A DNA stretch of 64,000 bases from Eledone cirrhosa (lineage: Eukaryota). The first letter of the stretch is position 1; every line of letters begins with the position of its first letter. Positions 42,466 through 54,200 of the stretch are shown piece by piece. Below the pieces are notes generated by a model. It saw nothing but the letters and a program-made list of their open reading frames with translations, made no database searches and was not told the DNA's origin. The position numbers and the translations under genes are program-made. Location: assembly GCA_964016885.1 (NCBI GenBank), contig OZ024744.1, forward strand, positions 115,320,001-115,384,000, written 5' to 3'.

Positions 42466-43427
42466 TTTGTTAGCCATCCGTGTCTGAAGTAAAGAGGAGT
42501 CCTTGCATTCTTGTCCGGCAACAGGAGGTGAATTTATCTTTATCTTTGATATTGTCATTGAGTGTTCACATTCTTCAAACTCTCCAAATCCCGTTGTCCA
42601 TTTAGCATATCGAAGAGGGAGTAATAGCCGAGGCGGTGGTTTTGTGCAAGACATTGGGGAGAGAAACATATTATAAGCCGCTGAATTATGATTGGACCAA
42701 ATACTAATGGTGGCGTGTGGGGGAGGGGGAGGGAAATGGGAAGGTTAACGAGCAGATTAATTTTTCTGAGGGTCCTACAGATTCGACCATAATTATGAGA
42801 AGTTTAACGAGAAGTTTAATATAAATACCAATAGGTAAATGGACCAGGGATGTTGGAGAGACAGGAAAATGAAGTGAAAATATATTACATTTCTCAACAC
42901 GACAATTCAGCAACAGTAAGAATTCAACAGATTCTGAGTTCATCAACTCACGACAGATTTATTTTATACTTGCAGAGAGAGAGAGAGGAGGAGAGAGAAC
43001 GTGAAAATGCAGCACAAGAGTGAAAATATTTCTTTAATAAACTCCAATGAATTTAAAACAAAGATTATTACACAAGACATAATACATAATTGGGATATGT
43101 GAAACAGTTTTGATTTTCTTGTATCACAGTCATAAAAGACATATACTTATATGACATAGGCATGTGTAGTATAGTTGACATTCCTAGAAAGAATTGGCTG
43201 TCCCTTAATCAGATTCTCACATGCCAGGACAGACTATCATCTCCACCAATGGAAAATGAAAGAGCCCCCAGCAGTGCTGCATGATGTTCGGTTTTAGCCC
43301 CCTCAGTGGTGGCTTCAAGGCAATCCATAATACTACAAATGACGCCTTAGTCTGGCTTGCCAATCTCGGTATGTCTCTATTGTGCATATGTCATACGACA
43401 AGAAGTGTAGTTAGTGTATATATATCG

Positions 43428-43910
43428 TCATCATCATCATCATCGTTTAACCTCCATCTTCCACGCTAACATGGGTTATACGGTTTTGTTCCATTTGATG
43501 GGGGAATGGTCGGGTGACTGTGTCTTCCTTGTACAGAAGTGTCTTTGGCAGGTTTTCTATGGCTGGATGCCCTTCCTAACACCAACCACATTTACAGTGT
43601 GGACTGGGAGCCTTTTTACCGTGTCACCTAAACAACCACCTTACAGTGTGGACTGAGTACTTTTTGTTGTGTTACCGACAAAGTGGACGGAAGTGAGAGG
43701 ATGAGTAGGGTGTGTAGGGTGTATATTGAGTTAAGAGGTGCCTACTGACTGAGGGTTTAAGTTCATATGTAAGGGAAGGCAGGTCTTCTGTATAACTGCA
43801 TGGCACCAAAGGTCTCGATCCAGTGTCATTGTCTTAGAGAGGTGTAAGTGAGCAAGGTCAGTTTTTATCACCTCATCCCAGGTTTTTCCTGGTCTAACCA
43901 CTCCGTAGCT
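43428..43910 (-). mobile_element. 5'-truncated RTE LINE 3' end
   Basis: Translates SYGVVRPGKTWDEVIKTDL; 3'UTR homologous to 38510-38900 and 45780-46140; (TCA)n tail at 43428-43445. Confidence 0.88.
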
Positions 43911-43914
43911 TCGT

Positions 43915-44500
43915 ATGTGTATATATACAGCTACAAACAACAATGTCGCATGGTAGTGAGACCTGAGCGTTGTGTGCAGGAGACTTGCATAGATTAGAAA
44001 GAAATCAAGCGTGCATGTTCCGATGGATGTGTAATAGTAACGTGTGCGAACGGCAAAGCATAAATGAATTGAGAGAGAGACTGAGCATAAGAGGTATTAA
44101 ATCTTGTGTTCTGGAGAGGAAATTGCATTGATGTGGCCATGTGATGCGTATGAAGGATGACAGCTGCATAAAAAGATGCAGAGCACTAAAAGTTGATAGA
44201 AACCTTGGAGTGGGGAGACCCAAGATGACCTGGGATGAGGTGATAAAAGCCGACCTTGCCCACCTCTCACAGGAGATGACACATGACCGGGATCTCTGGT
44301 GATATGCGGTAATACAGAAGACCTGACTTCCCATGAACACAAGCTGAAGCATATGTATAGTATGCCCCACCACCCAGCCCACGCTGTCAATGTGGTTGGT
44401 GCTAGGAAGGGTATCCAGCTGTAGAAAACCAGCCAGAAACCTCCTATATGAGCGAGACACGGTCACCCGAGCCAACTTGCCAAACCCGTCTAACCCATAT
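43915..44500 (+). mobile_element. Decayed RTE LINE C-terminal fragment plus partial 3'UTR
   Basis: Translates MSHGSET*ALCAGDLHRLERNQACMFRWMCNS...GHVMRMKDDSCIK...GRPKMTWDEVIKADL. Contains the 3'UTR motif GGAAGGGTATCCAGCTGTAGAAAACC. Confidence 0.88.
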
Positions 44501-44506
44501 CAAGTT

Positions 44507-44601
44507 TAATATAGAAATAACTTCTACAGGACGAGGACTGTTTCATTCCTGATGATTTCTTTTGAATAAAACAGTTCTAGTCCTGTAGAAACTATTTCTA
44601 T
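44507..44601. mobile_element. ~95-bp hairpin MITE
   Basis: ATAGAAATAACTTCTACAGGACGAGGACTGTTT is an imperfect inverted repeat of AAACAGTTCTAGTCCTGTAGAAACTATTTCTAT. Confidence 0.7.
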
Positions 44602-44610
44602 TATATTAGA

Positions 44611-44792
44611 CGGTGTATTGGCAGTATCAGTCGAGGATCGGACGCCATGCTTTCTAGCATAGTTACGTCCCTTTACGGTCCGAGTTCAAATCCTGTTGAG
44701 GTTAACTTTGCCTTTCATCCTTACGGAGTTGATAAAATAAAGTACCAGTAATCTACTGGGTATTTGCTGGCCTTGTTCCAAAAGTAGAAACA
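44611..44792 (+). mobile_element. tRNA-derived SINE, same family as 36212-36388
   Basis: A-box TGGCAGTATCAGT and B-box GAGTTCAAATCC. 11-bp TSD ATTATATTAGA at 44600-44610 and 44793-44803. Confidence 0.88.
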
Positions 44793-44803
44793 ATTATATT
44801 AGA

Positions 44804-46167
44804 TACAACTCCTATATGCAGATGATCTAACGCTCATAGCTGAATCAATGGCCGAGCTAGAGAAGAAATTCCAAACATGGAAGCACGGCCTAGAATCAAA
44901 AGGCCTTAAAATTAACCTGGCTAAGACTAAAGTTCTAGTTTGTAGGAAAGAAAATAAGGCAACGATCCCTTCCGGGAAATGGCCATGCTCAGTGTGTAGG
45001 AAAGGCGTAGGTAGAAACTCCATTTTATGTCCCAAATGCAAAGTATGGGTGCATAAAAGATGTAGTGGGATCACAGGTAAGCTAACTAAGAACATAGATT
45101 TTACATGTGGCCGGTGCTCTGGTGCAATAAGTAGCAGCAAGGGCCCACAGAATACTAGCTCTTTCAATTGCGCAGAGGGTTCTATAGAAATAGTGGACAG
45201 CTTCCGTTACCTGGGTGACAAAATCAGCAGTGGGAGAGGGTGCTCTGAAAGTACAGTAGATAGAGTCAGAACGGGATGGAAAAAGTTCAGAGAGCTTATA
45301 CCACTATTAGCCACTAAAGGGTTCTCCCTAAAAATGAAAGGCAGGCTGTATGATGCCTGCATACGAACAGCAATGTTGCATGGCAGTGAGACCTGGGCAT
45401 TGTGTGCAGAGGATCTACGCAGACTAGAGAGGAACGAAGCTTGCATGCTCCGCTGGATGTGTAATAGTAACATACGTGAACGGCAAAGCATAAGCGAACT
45501 AAGGAAAAAATTAGAAATAAGAGGGATCAGATGTTGTTTAGTCGAGAGAAGGCTACGTTGGTATGGTCACGTGATGTGCATGAAAGACGACAGCTGTATA
45601 ACAAAGTGCAGGGAAATAAAGATAGACGGTAGCTATGGAGTAGGCAGACCCAGAAAAACCTGGGACGACTTGATAAATTCCAACCTCACACACTTACACC
45701 TCTCCAAGACAATATCACTGGACCGAGACCTTTGGCGGTACTCAGTAATAGAGACGACCCGCCTTACCTAAATACAAAGTAAAACCTACTACAGTCAGTA
45801 GGCATCTCTAACAAAATACACCCCCGTCCCACCACCCCCACCCCATCCACACCGCCCCTTTCAATGTAAAGTTATGTTGGCGCCACAACATCCAGGCCGA
45901 AACAAATGAGATCATGTAGGTGTCACGACAAAAAAACACACAGTCCACGCTGTAATGTGGCCGTGTAGGCAACACGGTAAAAACCTCCCAGACCCACACT
46001 GTAAATGTGGTTGGTGTTAGGAAGGGCATCCAGCTGTAGAAAACCCGCCAGACAGTCCTATGCGAGCAAGACAATCACTCTTGCCTCAAGTGGGAAAACC
46101 CCCGTCCAAACCCATGCAAGCATGGGACATGGACGTTAAACGTTGATGATGTTGATGATGATGATGA
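44804..46167 (+). mobile_element. 5'-truncated RTE LINE with open C-terminal ORF (LLYADDL to stop at 45771), 3'UTR and (GAT)n tail
   Basis: The 307-aa ORF 44848-45771 is preceded in frame by QLLYADDL. Contains the Cys-rich PHD-like motif, FRYLG, HGSETW, LRWYGHV and GRPRKTW. Tail GATGATGTTGATGATGATGATG. Confidence 0.94.
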
Positions 46168-46292
46168 CAGCAGTCACTAAAGCCCCACCCCCTCATATGT
46201 ATGTGCATATTGTAGAAACCAGATGCTAACCCTCTCTAGAACAGTAAAATCAGTGAAAGGAAGGAGTATAAAAGAGATGTAAGAAGACATAC

Positions 46293-46455
46293 TTGTGCAA
46301 CTGCAATAAGAGATAAAAGTAGATAGAGTTCTGGTTTACTGAGTTGTCCTGGTGTTGTCATGTTAGATACTTCCCAGATCTCCCTCAAAGTCTGTCGAGG
46401 AAGATCACTTAACAATAGAATTGGATACAGTCTGTCGGTGATTATACAATCATTC
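46293..46455 (-). CDS. SYNRG: Synergin gamma coding exon B (163 bp, phase 2 to 0), EH-like domain
   Basis: Translates NDCIITDRLYPILLLSDLPRQTLREIWEVSNMTTPGQLSKPELYLLLSLIAVAQ, closely matching the SYNRG EH domain recalled as TAKLYPILMSSGLPRETLGQIWALANRTTPGKLTKEELYTVLAMIAVTQ. TTTCAG acceptor and GTATGT donor. Confidence 0.92.
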
Positions 46456-46843
46456 CTGAAATACAATTTAAGACAAAAAAAATTATTTTCAATATGTGGA
46501 GATAGAAATTGAGTAAGGTTAAGATGTTGGACTACAGAATAATAAAACCTCTTTCATAACAACCTGAACAAACTACACATTTTAAAATCAACATCATCAC
46601 CTTATTTAAAATAAAACCTTTCTTTCAACATAATTTTATATAAGTTTTACATAAGTTATGTTACAAATACCATGTTAATAAAATAATAATTTTAGTAAAT
46701 CCCTCCAAATTTGTTATTAATTGAAATAATGTGTGTTTCATTTGAAATATGACTATGAAATGATTAAAGATTAAAAACATATCTGTTCTCAGAATTAAAA
46801 AAACAAAGGAAATATTAGTGTACATTTCGTTTTCAAAACTTAC

Positions 46844-47024
46844 GCTGAGGAAGCTTCATAAACTTGTCTATAGACATGTGGGATTTGGTCATCTTCTAAG
46901 TAACACCAAGAAGGAAGTGTCTTGAATGGTCCCTGTGGATGCTGAGAAACTGTTGGTGTTGTACTTCCACTGTCTGGTGTTGTACATTGAGGCTGCAGGT
47001 TGGAACTATTCTCATTCACCTCAT
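46844..47024 (-). CDS. SYNRG: Synergin gamma coding exon A (181 bp, phase 1 to 2), just upstream of the EH-like domain
   Basis: AG acceptor at 47025-47026, GTAAGT donor at 46838-46843. Translates EVNENSSNLQPQCTT...KTLPSWCYLEDDQIPHVYRQVYEASS, similar to the vertebrate synergin gamma segment recalled as PPWIYNESLVPDAYKKILE. Splices in frame to the next exon. Confidence 0.85.
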
Positions 47025-47184
47025 CTGTAAATACAACACAATATATTTAACACAATAAAACTAGCAACTCAATCAACTCTTATACTTTTTTATTTTTTTA
47101 GTGATTTAAATCATGCTCTAACCCCGTCCCCTGCTCCATCTCACCATCTCCCGGTCCAGCTGAAGACACAATAAAGACCATCAT

Positions 47185-48279
47185 TCTAGTATCATGATAA
47201 AATACACCCAGTACACTCTGTAAAGTGGTAGTGTTGATGTCATGATATAATACACCCAGTACACTCTGTACTGTGGTAGCGTTGGTGTCACGATACAATA
47301 CACCCAGTACACTCTGTAAAGTGGTAGTGCTGGTGTCATGATAAAATACACCCAGTACACTCTGTAAAGTGGTAGTGTTGGTGTCATGATAAAATACACC
47401 CTGTACACTCTGTAATGTGGTAGTGTTGGTGTCATGATAAAATACACCCGATATACTCTGTAATGTGGTAGTGTTGGTGTCATGATATAATACACCCAGT
47501 ACACTCTGTAAAGTGGTAGTGTTGGTGTCATGATAAAATACACCCAGTACACTCTGTAAAGTGGTAGTTTTGGTGTCATGATAAAATACACCCAGTACAC
47601 TCTGTAAAGTGGTAGTGCTGGTGTCATGATAAAATACATCCAGTAAACTCTGTAATGTGGTAGTGTTGGTGTCACGATACAATACACCCAGTACACTCTG
47701 ATAAGTGGTAGTGTTGGTGTCATGATATAATACACCCAGTACACTCTGTAAAGTGGTAGTGTTGGTGTCATGATATAATACACCCAGTACACTCTGTAAA
47801 GTGGTAGTGTTGGTGTCATGATAAAATACACCCAGTAAACTCTGTAAAGTGGTAGTGTTGGTGTCATGATATAGTACACCCAGTACACTCTGTAAAGTGG
47901 TAGTGTTGGTGTCATGATAAAATACACCCGATATACTCTGTAAAGTGGTAGTGTTGCTGTAATGATATAATACAATCAGTACACTCTGTAATATGGTAGT
48001 GTCGGGGTGTCATGATAAAATACACCAATACACTCCGTAAAGTGGTAGTGTTAGTGCCATGATATAATACACCCAGTACACTCTGTAAAGTGGTAGTAGT
48101 GGTGTCATGATCTAATACACCCAGTACAATCCGTAAATGGGTAGTGTTGGTGTCATGATAGAATACACCTCTTAAACTCTGTAATGTGGTAGTGTTAGTG
48201 CCATGATATAATAAAGCCAGTAAACTCTGTGAAGTGGTAGTGTTGGTGTCATGATAAATTAGATCAAATACACTCTGCA
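47185..48279 (+). repeat. 48-bp tandem satellite, ~22 copies, derived from the RTE 3'UTR
   Basis: Unit GGTGTCATGATAAAATACACCCAGTACACTCTGTAAAGTGGTAGTGTT aligns with the RTE 3'UTR GGTGACACGGTAAAAAGGCTCCCAGTCCACACTGTAAATGTGGTTGGTGTT (reverse complement of 43578-43628; also 45968-46018). Confidence 0.92.
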
Positions 48280-51200
48280 AATATAACCTCTACATTAACT
48301 ACCGATGTTTCACTACCATTTAACATTACATCAGATGTCCATTGAAACATGTTAGCTTCATTTCTCTCCAGTCTCTATATAACCTCTACATTAACTATCA
48401 TATCTCACCACCATGTAACATTACATCAAATGTCCATTGAAACATGTTAGCTTCATTTCTCTCCAGTCTCTATATAACCTCTACATTAACTACCCATGTC
48501 TCACTACCATGTAACATTACATCACAGGGCCATTAAAACATGTTTGCTTCATTTCTCTCCAGTCTCTATATAACCTCTACATTAACTATACATGTCTCAC
48601 TACCATGTAACATTACATCGCAGGGACATTGAAACATGCTAGCTTCATTTATCTCCAGTCTCTGTATAACCTCTACATTAACTACCCATATGTCACTACC
48701 ATGTAACATTACATCAGATGTCCATTGTAACATGTTAGCTTCATGTCTCTCCAGTCTCTATATAACCTCTACATTAACTACCCATGTCTCACTACCATGT
48801 AACATTACATCAGATGTCCATTGAAACATGCTGGCTTCATTTCTCTCCAGTCTCTATATAACCTCTACATTAACTACCCATGTCTCACTACCATGTAATA
48901 TTACATCACATGTCCATTGAAACATGCTAGCTTCATGTCTCTCCAGTCTCTGTATAACCTCTACATTAACTATCCATGTCTCACTACCATGTAATATTAC
49001 ATCACATGTCCATTGAAACATGCTAGCTTCATTTCTCTCCAGTATCTATATAACCTCTACATTAACTACCCATGTCTAACTACCATGTAACATTACATCA
49101 GATGTCCATTGAAACATGTTAGCTTCATTTCTCTCCAGTCTCTATATAACCTCTACATTAATTACCCATGTCTCACTACCATGTAACATTACATCACAGG
49201 GCCATTGAAACATGCTAGCTTCATGTCTCTCCAGTCTCTATATAAACTCTACATTAACTACCCATGTCTCACTACCATGTAACATTACATCAGATGTCCA
49301 TTGACACATGTTAGCTTCATTTCTCTCCAGTCTCTATATAACCTCTACAGTAACTACCCATGTCTCACTACCATGTAACATTACATCAAATGTCCATTGA
49401 AACATGCTAGCTTCATTTCTCTCCAGTCTGTGTATAACCTCTACATTAACTACCATGTCTCACTACCATGTAACATTACGTCAGATGTCCATTGAAACAT
49501 GCTAGCTTCATTTCTCTCTAGTCTCTATATAACTTCAACATTAACTACCCATGTCTCACTACCATGTAACACTACATCACATGTCCATTGAAACATGCTA
49601 GCTACATGTCTCTCCAGTATCTATATAACCTCTACATTAACTACCCATATCTCACTACCATGTAACATTACATCAGATGTCCATTGAAACATGCTAGGTT
49701 CATATCTCTCAAGTCTCTATATAACCTCTACATTAACTACCCATGTCTCACTACCATGTAACATTGCATCAGATGTCCATTGAAACATGCTAGCTTCATT
49801 TCTCTCTAGTCTCTATAAAACCTCTACATTAACTACCCATGTCTCACTAACATGTAACATTACATCAGACGTCCATTGAAACAAAGTAACTTCATTTCTC
49901 TCCAGTCTCTATATAACCTCTACATTAACTACCCATGTCTCACTACCATGTAACATTACATCAGATGTCCATTGAAACATGCTAGCTTCATGTCTCTCCA
50001 GTCTCTATATAACCTCTACATTAACTACCCATGTCTCACTACCATGTAACATTACGTCAGATGTCCATTGAAACATGCTAGCTTCATTTCTATCTTGTCT
50101 CTCTATAACCTCTACATTAACTACACATATCTTACTACCATGTAACATTACATCAGATGTCCATTGAAACATGTTAGCTTCATTTATCTCCAGTCTCTAT
50201 GTAACCTCTACATTAACTACCCATGTCTCACTACCATGTAACATTACATCAGATGTCCATTGTAACATGTTAGCTTCATGTCTCTCCAGTCTCTATTTAA
50301 CCTCTACATTAACTACCCATGTCTCACTACCATGTAACATTACATCAGATGTCCATTGAAACATACTAGCTTCATGTCTCTCCAGTCTCTATATAACCTC
50401 TACATTAACTACCATGTCTCACTACCATGTAACATTACATCAGTTGTTCATTGAAACATGTTAACTTCATGTCTCTCCAGTCTCTATATAACCTCTACAT
50501 TAACTACCCATGTCTCACTACCATGTAACATTACATCAGATGTCCATTGAAACATGCTAGCTTCATGTCTCTCCAGTCTCTATATAACCTCTACAGTAAC
50601 TACCATGTCTCACTACCATGTAACATTGCATCAGATGTCCATTGAAACATGCTAGCATCATTTCTCTCCAGTCTCTCCGTATGACCTCTACACTAACTTC
50701 CTCTGTCTCACTTTCATGTAACATTACATCAGATGTCCATTGAAACATGCTAGGTTCATTTCTCTCCAGTCTCTATATAACCTCTACATTAACTACCCAT
50801 GTCTCACTACCATGTAACATTATATCAGATGTCCATTGAAACATGCTAGCTTCATTTCTCTCCAGTCTCTATATAACCTCTACAGTAACTACCCACGTCT
50901 CACTACCATGTCACATTACATAAGATGTCCATTGAAACATGCTAGCTTCATTTATCTCCAGTCCTATATAACCTCTACATTAACTACCCATGTCTCACTA
51001 CCATGTAACATTACATCAGATGTCCATTGTAACATGTTAGCTTCATGTCTCTCCAGTCTCTATATAACCTCTAGATTAACTACCCATGTCTCACTACCAT
51101 GTAACATTACATCAGATGTCCATTGAAACATGCTAGCATCATTTCTCTCCAGTCTCTCCATATGACCTCTACACTAACTTCCTCTGTCTCACTTCCATGT

Positions 51201-54200
51201 AACATTAAATCAGATCTCCATTGTAACATGCTAGCTTCATACCTCCCCAGTCTCTATATAACCTCTACATTAACTATCATGTCTCACTACCATGTAACAT
51301 TACATCAGATGTCTATTGAAACATGCTAGCTTCATGTCTCTCCAGTCTCTATATAACCTCTACATTGACTACCCATATCTCACTACCATGTAACATTACA
51401 TCAGATGTCCATTGAAACATGCGAGCTTCATTTCTCTCCAGTCTCTATATAACCTCTACATTAACTACCCATGTCTCACTACCATGTAACACTACATCAG
51501 ATGTCCATTGAAACATGTTAGCTTCATGTCTCTCCAGTCTCTATATAACCTCTACATTAACTACCCATGTCTCACTACCATGTAACATTACATTACAGGG
51601 CCATTGAAACATGCTAAGGTCATTACACCCCAGTCTCTATATAACCTCTACATTAACTATCATGTCTCACTACCATGTAACATTACATCAGATGTCTATT
51701 GAAACATGCTAGCTTCATTTCTCTCCGTCTTTATATAACCTCTACATTAACTAACCATGTCTCACTACCATGTAACATTACATCAGATGTCCATTGAAAC
51801 ATGTTAGCTTCATGTCTCTCCAGTCTCTATATAACCTCTACAGTAACTACCCATGTCTCACTAACATGTAATATTATATCAGATGTCCATTGAAACATGC
51901 TAGTTCCATGTGTTTCTAGTCTCTATATAACCTCTACATTAACTACCCATGTCTCACTACCAGGTAACATTACATCAGATGTCCATTGAAACATGCTAGC
52001 TTCATGTCTCTCCAGTCTCTATATAACCTCTACATTAACTACCCATGTCTCACTACCATGTAACATTACATCAGATGTCCATTGAGACATGCTAGGTTCA
52101 TTTCTCTCCAGTCTCTATATAACCTCTACATTAACTACCATGTCTCACTACCATGTAATATTACATCAGATGTCCATTGAGACATGCTAGGTTCATTTCT
52201 CTCTAGTCTCTATATAAGCTCCACATCAACGACCTCTGTCTCACTACCATGTAACATTACATCAGATGTCCATTGAAACATGCTAGCTTCATGTCTCTCT
52301 AGTCTCTATATAACCTCTACATTAACTACTCATGTCTCACTACCATGTAACATTACATCAGATGTCTATTGAAACATGCTAGCTTCATTTCTCTCCAGTC
52401 TCTATATAACCTCAACATTAACTACCCATGTCTCACTACCATGTAACATTACATCAGATTTCCATTGAAACATGCTAGCTTCATTTCTCTCCAGTCTTTA
52501 TTTAACCTCTACATTAACTACCCATGTCTCACTACCATGTAACATTACATCAGATGTCCATTGAAACATGTTAGCTTCATTTCTCTCCAGTCTCTATATA
52601 ACCTCCACATCAACTACCTCTGTCTCACTACCATGTAACATTACATCAGATGTCCATTGAAACATGTTAGCTTCATGTCTCTCCAGTCTCTATATAACCT
52701 CTACAGTAACTACCCATGTCTCACTACCATGTAACATTACATCAGATGTCCATTGAAACATACTAGCTTCATGTCTCTCCAGTCTCTATATAACCTCTAC
52801 ATTAACTACCATGTCTCACTACCATGTAACATTACATCAGTTGTTCATTGAAACATGTTAACTTCATGTCTCTCCAGTCTCTATATAACCTCTACATTAA
52901 CTACCCATGTCTCACTACCATGTAACATTACATCAGATGTCCATTGAAACATGCTAGCTTCATGTCTCTCCAGTCTCTATATAACCTCTACAGTAACTAC
53001 CATGTCTCACTACCATGTAACATTGCATCAGATGTCCATTGAAACATGCTAGCATCATTTCTCTCCAGTCTCTCCGTATGACCTCTACACTAACTTCCTC
53101 TGTCTCACTTTCATGTAACATTACATCAGATGTCCATTGAAACATGCTAGGTTCATTTCTCTCCAGTCTCTATATAACCTCTACATTAACTACCCATGTC
53201 TCACTACCATGTAACATTATATCAGATGTCCATTGAAACATGCTAGCTTCATTTCTCTCCAGTCTCTATATAACCTCTACAGTAACTACCCACGTCTCAC
53301 TACCATGTCACATTACATAAGATGTCCATTGAAACATGCTAGCTTCATTTATCTCCAGTCCTATATAACCTCTACATTAACTACCCATGTCTCACTACCA
53401 GGTAACATTACATCAGATGTCCATTGAAACATGCTAGCTTCATGTCTCTCCAGTCTCTATATAACCTCTACATTAACTACCCATGTCTCACTACCATGTA
53501 ACATTACATCAGATGTCCATTGAGACATGCTAGGTTCATTTCTCTCCAGTCTCTATATAACCTCTACATTAACTACCATGTCTCACTACCATGTAATATT
53601 ACATCAGATGTCCATTGAGACATGCTAGGTTCATTTCTCTCTAGTCTCTATATAAGCTCCACATCAACGACCTCTGTCTCACTACCATGTAACATTACAT
53701 CAGATGTCCATTGAAACATGCTAGCTTCATGTCTCTCTAGTCTCTATATAACCTCTACATTAACTACTCATGTCTCACTACCATGTAACATTACATCAGA
53801 TGTCTATTGAAACATGCTAGCTTCATTTCTCTCCAGTCTCTATATAACCTCAACATTAACTACCCATGTCTCACTACCATGTAACATTACATCAGATTTC
53901 CATTGAAACATGCTAGCTTCATTTCTCTCCAGTCTTTATTTAACCTCTACATTAACTACCCATGTCTCACTACCATGTAACATTACATCAGATGTCCATT
54001 GAAACATGTTAGCTTCATTTCTCTCCAGTCTCTATATAACCTCCACATCAACTACCTCTGTCTCACTACCATGTAACATTACATCACAGGGACTTTAAAA
54101 CATGCTAGCTTCATTTCTCTCCAGTCTCTATATAACCTCTACAGTAACTACCCATGTCTCACTACCATGTAACATTACATCAGATGTCCATTGCAACATG

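Noticed and set aside
42376-43470. Short ORFs (poly-Pro ORF 42376-42669, 42704-42946, 43281-43469) as extra exons
   Set aside because: They have no recognisable homology, and exons B and C already join in frame with SYNRG-like continuity. They are probably LINE 5' region or intron.
39570-45771. RT next to repeat arrays as a retron, DGR or telomerase-like system, or an active LINE
   Set aside because: The RTs are ordinary non-LTR fragments. One lacks YADD and has frameshifts; the other is 5'-truncated at YADD. None can be functional.
47098-48280. 194-264 aa ORFs with a 16-aa period
   Set aside because: These are translations of the 48-bp 3'UTR-derived satellite, open in several frames.
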